Origin: Spirochaetia bacterium
Lineage (GTDB): Bacteria > Spirochaetota > Spirochaetia > CAKZLE01
DNA: 64,000 nucleotides
Direction: 5' to 3'
Assembly: GCA_963677595.1 (NCBI GenBank)
Contig: OY782041.1
Span: forward strand, 2,848,001-2,912,000
Part shown: positions 31,294 to 40,878 of the stretch, in pieces
Layout: every line of letters begins with the position of its first letter
Numbering within the stretch: the first letter of the stretch is position 1
The notes under the pieces: model-generated
Database searches by the model: none
What the model saw: only the letters and a program-made list of their open reading frames with translations
Told to the model about the DNA's origin: nothing
Translations under genes and position numbers: made by a program

Positions 31294-31547
31294 CTACTGA
31301 TGAGGTGCGATCTTATTGAATATCTGGTCTTCCCAGATAGCCAGAAGTTCGGTTTTATGAAGATTCGCCCACTCTTTCACGAGAGTGAGAGCTCGAACAG
31401 GTAGATCACCGACGATTACGTCTAGTGACTGTATATCTATTTCAGCTATATATTCACCGTACAGCGCATGAAAGTGCGGAGGTGGTGTTCACTTTTCCGG
31501 AAATACATCTTTATGATGATTCCATAAAATCTGGATATTTCTGGCAT
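31294..31547 (-). pseudogene. DUF4160-family protein, frameshifted
   Basis: My translation: MPEISRFYGIIIKMYFRKSEH / 1-nt shift / PPHFHALYGEY...GDLPVRALTLVKEWANLHKTELLAIW. Confidence 0.8.
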
Positions 31548-31627
31548 TCCAACTTCTTTCGTATGGATGAATCATACCACATCATGGCAGTATTTCCAAA
31601 TACCCACCCGACAGAATCAAGGTAGTG

Positions 31628-31903
31628 AGCCTTCCCCACATTGCTCGATCAACTTCTGGAATTGCTCCCTTCCGGTGGTTCGTATTCCAGAGATCCCATG
31701 ATCAACAAACACACCGGCGAACACCCAACCGGGATGCTGCTAAAATGAACTGCGTGTAATACTGATCTGGTTTACAAGCGAATGCTCATAATCTCTCGAG
31801 ACACGGGCATAGGCGTGGAGTAGGGTGCACGTGTGGTAGGAAGTTCCACGATAGATGAGCCCCTTCCTGGACGTTTATGCGTCTTTTTACCTCTTTGTTT
31901 CAA
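31628..31903 (-). pseudogene. Remnant of a serine recombinase catalytic domain (older element)
   Basis: Fragments in shifting frames: AYARVSRDYEHSLVNQIS, QHPGWVFAGVFVDHGISG, QFQKLIEQC. Confidence 0.75.
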
Positions 31904-32019
31904 CTGTCATGACAATTCCCCAAAATTCTTGAATCAAATCCACCCAAATCATGTTTATAACTTATAGATAGATACAAGGAGGCATAAGCCATGAACAATC
32001 TGAATTCCATCATTCTCGA
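31816..32019 (+). repeat. 204-bp direct repeat, copy 1 (recombinase 5' end, intergenic region and first ~10 ssb codons)
   Basis: Matches 43647-43850 with 12 mismatches by my count; both copies end in ATGAACAATCTGAATTCCATCATTCTCGA. Confidence 0.95.
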
Positions 32020-32071
32020 CGTAAGAACAAGTAAATATTTACCAAATAACGAGTTAACTAGGTGTGGCTAA
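31991..32071 (+). pseudogene. Displaced ssb 5' fragment (MNNLNSIIL, then island sequence)
   Basis: First 29 nt identical to the start of ssb at 43822, then divergent up to a stop at 32071. Confidence 0.85.
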
Positions 32072-32454
32072 GCAAATTTTGGTGGTGGCTAGTAGGATTA
32101 TCTGATGCAACCTTTTGCCACAAACTCATGCTTTGCTTAGAGATAATAGGGTATAGGAAAATAACAGAAAAGGGTAGCGGCTAAGAAGTTTATGGGGATT
32201 TGCCACATCAAAACTCATACATCATTTATGAATGATATTGAATCTTGAGAATAAACTCTTTTGTAAGGCTAAATATAATGGGTAGTGGCTGAAACGAAGG
32301 AGTTATTGATATTGAGAGTACTGACAGGTTTGTTGGTGGATAACGAGTTTCTTGGATTGATTTCTTCATGAGGTTGTTATACTCTATCTGTAAATGAGTA
32401 AATAGTTCTATAACGTAACTCTTTATAAAGTGTATGGGATAAAGTGGGGGAACT

Positions 32455-35400
32455 ATGCTCAAAAGAACTCAAGTCGTATTTATCATACTGGTATTAGCTT
32501 ACATATTCAGCTCAATCAGTTGTGATCTACTAAACGGAATCTTAGATTCTACAGGAACAATAACTGGAAAGGTTACCTTTTCTAATAGTTCAGACCATGC
32601 AGGCATAGTTATCTCGTTAGAAAGTAAAGAAGGTGAGATCACAAAAAGTGTATCTCATGCTCTGCAGGGTGATACTAGATCCTTAACATCTCGATCTTTA
32701 TCCGATCAGACAACCACCAATTCAAATGGTGAATACCAATTTATCGATGTACCTGAAGGGGATTATACCCTGTATGCATCTTCCCAGGATTCATCAGAGA
32801 AAGCCGTCTATACCTCAATCCATATTGATAAAGGTAAAACAGTCACTGCCCCTGATCTGCAACTTACTTCTGTAGGGAGTATTCATGGAAGAATCGTGTT
32901 GGATGGAACAGCGACTGGGAATATTGGTTTTATAATTTTTATTGCTGATACTTCCTATATGGCAATTACAGGAAATGAAGGGAATTTTACCATATCTGAA
33001 GTTCCCTCTGGAAATGATTATGATCTTGTTATTATGCGAGGTACAGATACTTATAGTTGGGATAATGTATCCGTATCTGCGGGCTCCATAACAGAACTGG
33101 GAACAAAATACTTATTATCAGAAGATTTTCCTGGAAGTATTACTATCGCATGGCAGGGTTCACTGGATGCTCCCCCGGTTAACCCTGAACTCTATTGGGC
33201 ATACTACAATATGACTGATGGTGTCTCATATCTCTATACGGGAAATGGTGAGTGGCAAGTCCTCGCGCAAAATGGTGAAGACGGATCTGCTGGTGAGACA
33301 GGAGCTGCCGGAGCAGACGGGATCTCGATTATCTGGAAAGGTGGATATGCTAATGTGGCAGATATGTTGGCCGCATTAGGGGTAACCAAGCCAGAAGAGA
33401 ATTGGGCATACTACAACAGCACAGATGGGATTTCGTATATCTATGATGGATCAGACTGGAACATCCTTGCCCAGGATGGATCAGATGGAGCAGATGCTAT
33501 ATCGATCATATGGCTGGGAGAGTACAGTAGTGCACCGAGTGGAGCAAGCCTGAACAATGCCTACTATAACACCTCAAATGGTAATTCTTACATCTACAAC
33601 GGTAGTTACTGGGATCTGTTGGCACAGGCAGGATCAGATGGTGCTGATGGAGAGACAGGGGCAACGGGGGCAGCAGGAGCTGACGGTATCTCGATCATCT
33701 GGAAGGGAGAGTTGACTGAAGCGCCGAGCAGTCCTGAGGTTAACTGGGCATACTACAACAGCACAGATGGGATTTCGTATATCTATAATGGATCAGATTG
33801 GAATATCCTGGCGCAGGATGGAGCCGATGGAAGTGATGGAGTTGATGGTGCAGATGGTGCAGATGGTGTATCAATCGTCTGGCTGGGCGAGTATAGCAGT
33901 GCGCCAAGTGGAGCAAGCCTGAACAATGCCTACTACAACACCAGTGATGGGAACTCATATATCTATAATGGCAGTAGCTGGGACTTGCTGGCAGCGGCAG
34001 GTGCAGATGGAGTTGATGGTGCTACAGGTGCAGATGGGGCGGACGGGATCTCGATTATCTGGAAGGGCGAGCTTACGGAAGCGCCGATCAGTCCTGAGGT
34101 TAACTGGGCATACTACAACAGTACCGTCGGAATCTCCTATACCTACGATGGAAGTCAGTGGAATATCCTGGCCCAGGACGGATCAGACGGAGCGGATGCG
34201 ATATCGATCGTATGGTTGGGAGAGTTTAGCAGTGAGCCGAGCGGGGCAAGCCTGAACAATACCTACTACAACACGAGTGATGGAAATTCCTATATCTATA
34301 ACGGAAGCAGCTGGGACCTGTTGGCAGCGGCAGGGGCAGACGGAGCTGACGGTGAGACAGGGGCAGCCGGTGCGGACGGGATCTCGATCATCTGGAAGGG
34401 AGAGTTGTCTGATGCACCGAGTGACCCTACAAATAATTGGGCATATTATAATATAGTTGATGGTATTTCTTATATTTATGATGGATCAGACTGGAACATT
34501 CTGGCCCAGGACGGATCAGACGGAGTGGATGCGATATCGATCGTATGGCTGGGAGAATCCAGTAGTGCACCGAGTGGATCGAGCCTAAATAATGCGTACT
34601 ACAATACGAGTGATGGGAATTCATATATCTACAATGGCAGCGACTGGGACCTGCTGGCAGCGGCAGGGGCAGATGGGGCTGATGGGGAGACTGGAGCAAG
34701 TGGAACCGATGGAATATCAATTATCTGGAAGGGAGAACTTTCTTCAGCACCGAATAGTCCTGGAGTTAATTGGGCTTACTATAATAGTTCTGATAAAAAG
34801 GCTTGGATATGGAGTAATAACTCTTGGAATTTATTAGTTAATGATGGGAATTCATTATTGTATATTTCTTTTTATAATAATAATGCTACTAGTGGATATT
34901 TACCTGAAACTATTTTTGGATATGAAGGAGATCAATATGGAGTACCCCAAAATTCAAGAGGATTAGAAAAAGTGGGGTATTCTTTCTCAGGTTGGAATTC
35001 TAAATCTGATGGATCTGGAGATGATTATATATTAGGATCATACTATATGTTTAGTAATGAGTCATTAAGACTTTATGCACAATGGACTCCAAATAACTAT
35101 AAAATCTATTTAAATGTCCAAGGTGGGGATCTCCTTGAAAATGATTCTTTGGTAGTTACTTATGATTCGTTTTATGGAGACCTACCAACTCCTACAAGAG
35201 CTGGATACAATTTTGATACATGGTGGATTGATACCGAAATTACATCTACAACCATTGTTAAAATACCATATAATCATGTTATTGACGCTCATTGGATACC
35301 TAGAACTGATACAAAGTATCTAGTTGAACATTATCAACAGGATGTGAGTGGGGATGGATATACCTTGGTTGATTCTGACATCCTGACCGGTACGACAGAA

Positions 35401-37035
35401 GCTACAGCAACAGCTGAAGTAAAGGCATACACTGGGTTTCATGAAAATCCAATCCATGAATTGCGAGTGTCTAGTGGGGAAATAAGAGGAAATGGATCTC
35501 TTGTTTTGAAACTTTATTATGATAGAGATAACTTTACCGTAAGTTTTAAAAGTAATTGTAACAGTATTGTTGATGATATTGAAGGTGTGAGATATCAGGC
35601 AACAATAAGTGAACCAGAGTTACTAACAAAAATTGGATATACTTTTAACTATTGGTATAAAGATATTTTTTCTTGGACCCCCTTTAATTTTTCATCAGCT
35701 CAAATAACTAGCGATCTTATATTAACTGCTAATTGGTCCGCAAATACTGATACTCAATATAAAGTAGAACATTACCAACAAGACATTTCTGGACCTGGGT
35801 ATACATTATTTGAGACAGAATATTTAACAGGTACAACCGATAGTGAAGCGCTGGCATACTCGAAATTCTATTATTATTTTAGAAATACTAATGATGATAT
35901 ATCCATCTACCGTAGTAACATTTATGGCGATGGGAGTTTAGTCCTGAAGATATATTATTACCGTAACACTTATACAATTAGTTATAATAGCAATGGTGGT
36001 TCTATTATTGAGGATATGGAAGCACGGTATGATTCCACACTGAATGAACCAATTCCTACAAGAGAAGGGTATACATTTTCTGGTTGGTTTAAAGATGATG
36101 ATCTGACTACAACTTGGGATTTTAGTAGTGAAAAGATAGAAAGAGATATTTCTTTATATGCCAAATGGACTGCAGATGAACATACTTTGTATTTATTACC
36201 AAATGGTGGAATTGGTACAATGGATTCAATTACTATTAAAACTAATGAGAAAATACAGTTGCCAATTTGTAGATATACTCAAGAAGAATTTGGTTTTTAT
36301 GGCTGGTCTGAGACAAGTCAAGGTGAAGTCGATTATAGTGATGAAGGATTCTTTACAATGGGACCTACTGATGCTGAACTATATGCAATTTGGGGACCCT
36401 TTGCAGTAGGTTTTAGAGGTCAAGCTGGCGGATATATTTTCTATGATGATGAAGCCGATGGTGTTGATAATATACCTGGTTATCGTTTTCTGGAATTAGC
36501 TCCTTTTGGGTGGTATGACACCGATGGGGATGGAGAATATTGGGAAGATCCTGACCCTAGACTTTTTCAATGGGGAGTTAATGGGTATTATATAACACCA
36601 AATGGAACAGCACCTGAAATTGGTGCTGGCTTGACTAATACTATAAATATTGTAAATTTTCATAATAATTTAGGGACAGAAGGTTATATTGGATATGATG
36701 AAGGTTGGGGTAGTTTCTACGAAAATCCACAAAACTATTTTAGAATGAATGATGGGAGTGTAATTGCTAAAATATGTACTGATGCCGTAATTAATGGGTA
36801 TGATGATTGGTATTTACCTTCAATAGATGAATTAAAAGAAGTATCAAAACAATTATACTCAAATGGAAAAGATAATTTTGTAGAGCTATGGTATCGATCT
36901 TCAACAGAAAATTCTACCACAACTGTAAAGTCAATATGGATGGAATATGATGTCATAAATGAATATACCGAATTGTCTCATGGCATGTTTAAGTATTTTG
37001 ATCTTTACCCATTTCGACCAATTAGATATTTTTAA
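32455..37035 (+). CDS. 1526-aa surface lipoprotein: carboxypeptidase-regulatory-like N-terminus, 10 Trp/Tyr repeats with collagen-like linkers, InlB-B/Flg_new repeats, DUF1566/C-lectin-like C-terminus
   Basis: Lipobox-like FSSISC; repeats ISIxWxGE...YYNxxDGxSYIYxGSxW; PTREGYTFSGWF..LYAKW; GYDDWYLPSIDEL and a terminal RPIRYF. Confidence 0.85.
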   Translation: MLKRTQVVFIILVLAYIFSSISCDLLNGILDSTGTITGKVTFSNSSDHAGIVISLESKEGEITKSVSHALQGDTRSLTSRSLSDQTTTNSNGEYQFIDVPEGDYTLYASSQDSSEKAVYTSIHIDKGKTVTAPDLQLTSVGSIHGRIVLDGTATGNIGFIIFIADTSYMAITGNEGNFTISEVPSGNDYDLVIMRGTDTYSWDNVSVSAGSITELGTKYLLSEDFPGSITIAWQGSLDAPPVNPELYWAYYNMTDGVSYLYTGNGEWQVLAQNGEDGSAGETGAAGADGISIIWKGGYANVADMLAALGVTKPEENWAYYNSTDGISYIYDGSDWNILAQDGSDGADAISIIWLGEYSSAPSGASLNNAYYNTSNGNSYIYNGSYWDLLAQAGSDGADGETGATGAAGADGISIIWKGELTEAPSSPEVNWAYYNSTDGISYIYNGSDWNILAQDGADGSDGVDGADGADGVSIVWLGEYSSAPSGASLNNAYYNTSDGNSYIYNGSSWDLLAAAGADGVDGATGADGADGISIIWKGELTEAPISPEVNWAYYNSTVGISYTYDGSQWNILAQDGSDGADAISIVWLGEFSSEPSGASLNNTYYNTSDGNSYIYNGSSWDLLAAAGADGADGETGAAGADGISIIWKGELSDAPSDPTNNWAYYNIVDGISYIYDGSDWNILAQDGSDGVDAISIVWLGESSSAPSGSSLNNAYYNTSDGNSYIYNGSDWDLLAAAGADGADGETGASGTDGISIIWKGELSSAPNSPGVNWAYYNSSDKKAWIWSNNSWNLLVNDGNSLLYISFYNNNATSGYLPETIFGYEGDQYGVPQNSRGLEKVGYSFSGWNSKSDGSGDDYILGSYYMFSNESLRLYAQWTPNNYKIYLNVQGGDLLENDSLVVTYDSFYGDLPTPTRAGYNFDTWWIDTEITSTTIVKIPYNHVIDAHWIPRTDTKYLVEHYQQDVSGDGYTLVDSDILTGTTEATATAEVKAYTGFHENPIHELRVSSGEIRGNGSLVLKLYYDRDNFTVSFKSNCNSIVDDIEGVRYQATISEPELLTKIGYTFNYWYKDIFSWTPFNFSSAQITSDLILTANWSANTDTQYKVEHYQQDISGPGYTLFETEYLTGTTDSEALAYSKFYYYFRNTNDDISIYRSNIYGDGSLVLKIYYYRNTYTISYNSNGGSIIEDMEARYDSTLNEPIPTREGYTFSGWFKDDDLTTTWDFSSEKIERDISLYAKWTADEHTLYLLPNGGIGTMDSITIKTNEKIQLPICRYTQEEFGFYGWSETSQGEVDYSDEGFFTMGPTDAELYAIWGPFAVGFRGQAGGYIFYDDEADGVDNIPGYRFLELAPFGWYDTDGDGEYWEDPDPRLFQWGVNGYYITPNGTAPEIGAGLTNTINIVNFHNNLGTEGYIGYDEGWGSFYENPQNYFRMNDGSVIAKICTDAVINGYDDWYLPSIDELKEVSKQLYSNGKDNFVELWYRSSTENSTTTVKSIWMEYDVINEYTELSHGMFKYFDLYPFRPIRYF
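33139..34850 (+). repeat. Intragenic array of 10 alternating A/B units (~150-190 bp each)
   Basis: Alternation of WKGE..NWAYYN and WLGE..LNNAYYN units separated by Gly-X-Y runs of variable length. Confidence 0.9.
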
Positions 37036-37069
37036 CATCAAAAAAAGTTTAGAGTGATAATCATCAGCC

Positions 37070-37228
37070 GAGACTGGAAACTTAACTGTGTAACTGCCTA
37101 TTCCCATCAATCTACAATCCTATCTTCATATTCGGTGAAGAAACCGATTCATCGCTGGACCCCAATCCCTGATTGGCATGGTCCAGCGCCGTGAGGCCTG
37201 CTGAACAGCCAAATACACGATCTTCAAA
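37070..37228 (-). mobile_element. IS256-family remnant (transposase C-terminus and terminal repeat)
   Basis: LKIVYLAVQQASRRWTMPIRDWGPAMNRF is a typical IS256 C-terminus; IS256-like end GAGACTGGAAACTTAACTGTGTAA at 37070. Confidence 0.75.
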
Positions 37229-37237
37229 GTTGGTGTG

Positions 37238-37390
37238 TCATGATCTATTCCACCTACTATCAACATAACACTTACGGCAGCAGTATTTTCGACCTTTCCC
37301 GTAAGCGATGAATGTCTTACCGCAATGCTGGCATACAACGCTATAGGTAGCTCGTTCAACTCCTGATTTCAACTGCCCGAATCGGTTCCA
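37238..37390 (-). pseudogene. Separated C-terminal Zn-finger tail of recombinase B
   Basis: WNRFGQLKSGVERATYSVVCQHCGKTFIAYGKGRKYCCRKCYVDSRWNRS* continues in frame from ...CRQDW once 37396-40883 is removed. Confidence 0.85.
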
Positions 37391-37702
37391 CCAATTATTG
37401 ATCTCCACATTAAATTAAAGCAAAACTGACGAATAGTTTTAGCAAGAAAAAACCGTAACATGGCATGACTGCTTGTGTATGAAATATTGCCTCCAGCTGA
37501 GAAGAAGCGCCCATACCAAGGAATCCACCATGCATCTGCAAAGACTTTCTTAGAATTAATCACACATGAGTTTCATAGAATTATTCTACGTAGACATTTC
37601 AACAATCATGTAGGATGAACAACCGATTCGGCAATTGTTTGAACACAGCTCCCACCGGTAGTAGGAGCTGCTGAAGGGCGAGTAATCGGGTCGTTGTGAG
37701 TA

Positions 37703-38059
37703 TCAGCTGGAGAAGTCGAATTCCTGCTGGATTGGTGAATCAGCGGTGGTTGTATCTGTCAACCACAGATGGGGGACGATCACTTGGCAAATCTGAGTGA
37801 ATAGCCTGCTGAGTGAATCGTCAAGTGTGGAGAAATAGGAACGATACAGCCAATGCAGCCCTTCAGGGATTCCTGTAACATGCAGGAGCTGATCCTCAAG
37901 TTCAAGAAATGCTACGGACAGCTGTTCCAGGGTTTCTATGGTACGGGAAACAGTCCTGTAGGCGGCTCTATCATCCTGTTCAAGCGTAGTAAGGAGCTGC
38001 TCAAGATCAAAGCCCTGTGTAGATGGAACGATCACGGTATTCATCAGCATTGCCACCAC
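37703..38059 (-). CDS. Hypothetical protein (transposon ORF4)
   Basis: 118-aa ORF overlapping the end of the ATPase gene, same strand. Confidence 0.55.
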   Translation of the reverse strand: MVAMLMNTVIVPSTQGFDLEQLLTTLEQDDRAAYRTVSRTIETLEQLSVAFLELEDQLLHVTGIPEGLHWLYRSYFSTLDDSLSRLFTQICQVIVPHLWLTDTTTADSPIQQEFDFSS

Positions 38060-38865
38060 TCCTTTGTCACGATCCGAATTACCTCAGGGGTAATGACCTG
38101 CAATTTCTCATCCATGCCATGTTTCAGGGCTAGTAAGCAGATGGTATTGATGTTTCGCGGGATACCGCCTGAAGCCTGGGTAACGGCAATTACTGCTTGG
38201 GAAGAGAACAAGTCCTCCTGTCCTCCGGCAACTGTGGTCATGTGGTGTTTGACATACTCAATACATTCCTGCTGAGACATGCTCCGAAGATTATATCCAT
38301 TCATGACCCGATTCATCAGTGGCCTGGCATAGGGATTGCGCAGCTTGTCGAACAGGGTATCCTGCCCACACATGACGATGGGCAGGATTCTGCTGTCATT
38401 GGGATTCTGCTGGCAGAGGAGATGGAGTTGCGAGTAGACACTCGGCTTGAATAGGTCGCACTCATCGATGAACAGCACCGGGCTTCGGCCATCGGCACGA
38501 ATCTGAGAAAAAGCCTCATAAAGCTGCTTGAGCATGGTCGTCTGCTGGTTCGTTCGTGCCGAGATCCCGACGGCATGCATGCATTGCCTGAGCATCTCCG
38601 TGAAGCTCCAGGAGCCGCCACAGATGTGGATGACCTGGTACTGCTTCTTTGACAGCTGACTGATGGTATACCGCAGGGCTGTGGACTTTCCAGACCCTAT
38701 CTCACCGATGATCGCGAAGATCATGGCATGAGCGATAGCGAAGACACAGCGCTCACTGATCTCGATCATGGAGGTAACGGTATACAGCTGATCAACCGGC
38801 ATGTGGCTGGCAAAGGGCTGACGCTGGAAACCATAGTAGGTCTTGATGTCATGATTCTTATTCAT
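38044..38865 (-). CDS. ExeA-like AAA+ ATPase (IstB/TnsC/MuB-type transposition helper)
   Basis: YYGFQRQPF, GEIGSGKST, VLFIDE and SGGIPRNIN. Confidence 0.9.
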   Translation of the reverse strand: MNKNHDIKTYYGFQRQPFASHMPVDQLYTVTSMIEISERCVFAIAHAMIFAIIGEIGSGKSTALRYTISQLSKKQYQVIHICGGSWSFTEMLRQCMHAVGISARTNQQTTMLKQLYEAFSQIRADGRSPVLFIDECDLFKPSVYSQLHLLCQQNPNDSRILPIVMCGQDTLFDKLRNPYARPLMNRVMNGYNLRSMSQQECIEYVKHHMTTVAGGQEDLFSSQAVIAVTQASGGIPRNINTICLLALKHGMDEKLQVITPEVIRIVTKEWWQC

Positions 38866-40145
38866 CGCACACCTCCGGTGGTGGCTGCCGGCAGCTCTTG
38901 ACGGTGCGCCTGTGAATTAGCAATCTGATCACAGAGCGGAAGGAATCCAAGAGAGGTATCTTCATAGAAGGCTTCTACATGTGCCGGGTCAGAGAATCGA
39001 AGATCGAGGGTGAGGCCAGCATAGCCGAGGGGAACCTCATACAGATGATTGTTAAGACTAACCGTTCGTGCTAAGGACACTTTCCTCTTCACGTGAGACC
39101 GGAAATAAGGCAGCATCTCTGGTGGAGCAGGTCTCACGGCCTCGATCTCCTGAAGATACACCTGTAAAGGGCTATCCTGGATGCCTGAATGAAATCTTCG
39201 ATTGTACTGCTGCAGGTAGGTCATCCAGGCTTTGTTGAGCTCATAGAGCGAGATAGGGGACGTGCCGATCGTCGGGAGAAACTGCATGCGAACCGTTGAG
39301 AAGAATCGCTCGATTTTTGCCTTCGATGCCGGCGAGTACGGTTTCGCGAAAGATAGCTGAACCTGCAGAGATGCCAATCCAAGTTTCAGTCGGTGGTCTC
39401 TCATGGCCGAACCGTGGTCCGTGAAGATCTTACGGGGTAACCCCCGTGCGGAAAAGGCTTTGATAACGCAGTCGATCAGGCTCTCTGCTTTTTCGTCTGG
39501 ATAGAACTGGGCATAGGTAATGAGCCGGCTCTTGTCGTCAATGAGCGCCCACAGCTTTGCGGAGATCGTTTTCTCCCCTCCGGCGACCATGATGGTGACC
39601 TTTGGACCATTCATCGCATCCAGCATCCAACAGTCGTTGCAGCTGGCCATGCTGAATCGCCGCATGTCTTTCGTCCGTTTTGCCGTTTGATCCCGATCAT
39701 AGGATTTGAACATCCGATAGATCACTGACATCTTCACCGTTTCATGGGGAAGGAAGATCCCTTCTTTGATCGCCATCGCTACCAATGTCGTGAGCTTTAC
39801 CTCGGGATGCTGATCACGGAAATGCCGCAAAGCTACTTCCGTCTCACTGCTTACGCTTCGATGATGCCCCTTGTCTTCGCGAGATGCAGGATACAGATCT
39901 TCGATCTCTTGATGCTGGCTATACCGTCGAAGCCAGTTATACACCGTCGCTTTGCTGATGCGAGTCCTCTCGGAGAAGGGAATCTCATACGATTCTGCAC
40001 AGATCTTCTCGACGATCTGGCTCTTCTCTCCCCATTGCAGACGCTCATCGAGCAAGGGGAAGATAATGCCGAATCGAAACAATGCGATCTTCTCTTGTTT
40101 CATCCTGTCCATGGTTACCTCCTGATAGTTGGTTAGGTATCTCAC
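38862..40145 (-). CDS. DDE integrase-like transposase with HTH and Mu-type C-terminus
   Basis: IALFRFGII, CWMLD, LIDDKSR, FTDHGS, SKAKIERFF, YNRRFHS and RKVSLARTVSL. Confidence 0.92.
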   Translation of the reverse strand: MRYLTNYQEVTMDRMKQEKIALFRFGIIFPLLDERLQWGEKSQIVEKICAESYEIPFSERTRISKATVYNWLRRYSQHQEIEDLYPASREDKGHHRSVSSETEVALRHFRDQHPEVKLTTLVAMAIKEGIFLPHETVKMSVIYRMFKSYDRDQTAKRTKDMRRFSMASCNDCWMLDAMNGPKVTIMVAGGEKTISAKLWALIDDKSRLITYAQFYPDEKAESLIDCVIKAFSARGLPRKIFTDHGSAMRDHRLKLGLASLQVQLSFAKPYSPASKAKIERFFSTVRMQFLPTIGTSPISLYELNKAWMTYLQQYNRRFHSGIQDSPLQVYLQEIEAVRPAPPEMLPYFRSHVKRKVSLARTVSLNNHLYEVPLGYAGLTLDLRFSDPAHVEAFYEDTSLGFLPLCDQIANSQAHRQELPAATTGGVR

Positions 40146-40723
40146 AGCCTATCGTAGTCACCGGAAGATATGCAGAACAGAAACTGGTAGGCAGCCCCCG
40201 GAGGTTTGAAGGTTCGCACCTCCATAACCCCCTGAAGCGGCTTGGTGACCATTCGAATGGAGAGAGGAGCCGTGATACAGGATCTTGGGCAGGAGAGCTC
40301 CTGCAGGTCGAATCCCTTCAGGTGGTACAGGTTCTCCTTAATACTTGCTCGTTTGATCAGGTGATCTCTCCACTGTCGTTGAAGCGTCTTGTTGATGGGG
40401 ATGTGGTTCCCCATATGTCCGGTTTCACACGCTGCAGAGAGTACGGCTAAGATGGTTTCAAGGCTATAATTCTTGAATACATGTACCCAGATGGGCAGTA
40501 ATGTAAAGGTGAGAAAACACTTAGGGCACCGTTTCCTATGGATCCAGAAGCAGTACTCCTGTTTCTCGAGATCAACGAGGAAACGAAGCCTCCAGCCATG
40601 ACCATGCAGGATCGTGCCACAGCAGGGGCAAGTCATACTGGGCATGATACCTACATCTGGAGGATCAGAACAGGGATTCTGGACTTGAACTTTTTCGAAA
40701 TCTACGTCAATCTGGATGAGCAT
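40142..40723 (-). CDS. Zn-finger protein, DUF6431-like (transposon ORF1)
   Basis: CPCC..LHGHGWRLR and RKRCPKC..TFTLLP; coupled to the transposase gene. Confidence 0.7.
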   Translation of the reverse strand: MLIQIDVDFEKVQVQNPCSDPPDVGIMPSMTCPCCGTILHGHGWRLRFLVDLEKQEYCFWIHRKRCPKCFLTFTLLPIWVHVFKNYSLETILAVLSAACETGHMGNHIPINKTLQRQWRDHLIKRASIKENLYHLKGFDLQELSCPRSCITAPLSIRMVTKPLQGVMEVRTFKPPGAAYQFLFCISSGDYDRL

Positions 40724-40878
40724 TTATTGCATGTGAGGAGAAGCGCACATCTTTCCAGGGACGGTGCTTCTCCTCTTTCCTTTTTACGAGAGTTCCTCTA
40801 TTTTACCACAGATTATTCGCTCTAAGAGATTGTGTGATTTTCTAGCTTATTTTTACTAAGATAAGTTACAGGTTAATA

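Larger units (their letters stand above)
37396..40878. mobile_element. 3483-bp four-ORF Mu/IS21/Tn7-like transposon
   Basis: 5-bp duplication CCAAT (37391-37395 and 40879-40883); ends TATTGATCT / AGGTTAATA; removing it restores the recombinase reading frame. Confidence 0.88.

Noticed and set aside
28420-31620. Original host ssb 5' end marking the left boundary of the older element
   Set aside because: I found no third MNNLNS-like fragment by eye, so the older element's left end is undefined.
33139-34850. CRISPR-like repeat array
   Set aside because: The repeats are in-frame coding units that vary at synonymous positions; there are no cas genes.
36700-37100. Diversity-generating retroelement acting on the lipoprotein tip
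   Set aside because: No reverse transcriptase, template repeat or downstream hairpin is visible in the window. Action in trans remains possible.
40860-40872. Canonical TGT/ACA transposon end at 40870
   Set aside because: No matching left end or target duplication. The 40878 boundary gives a perfect CCAAT duplication and restores the reading frame.
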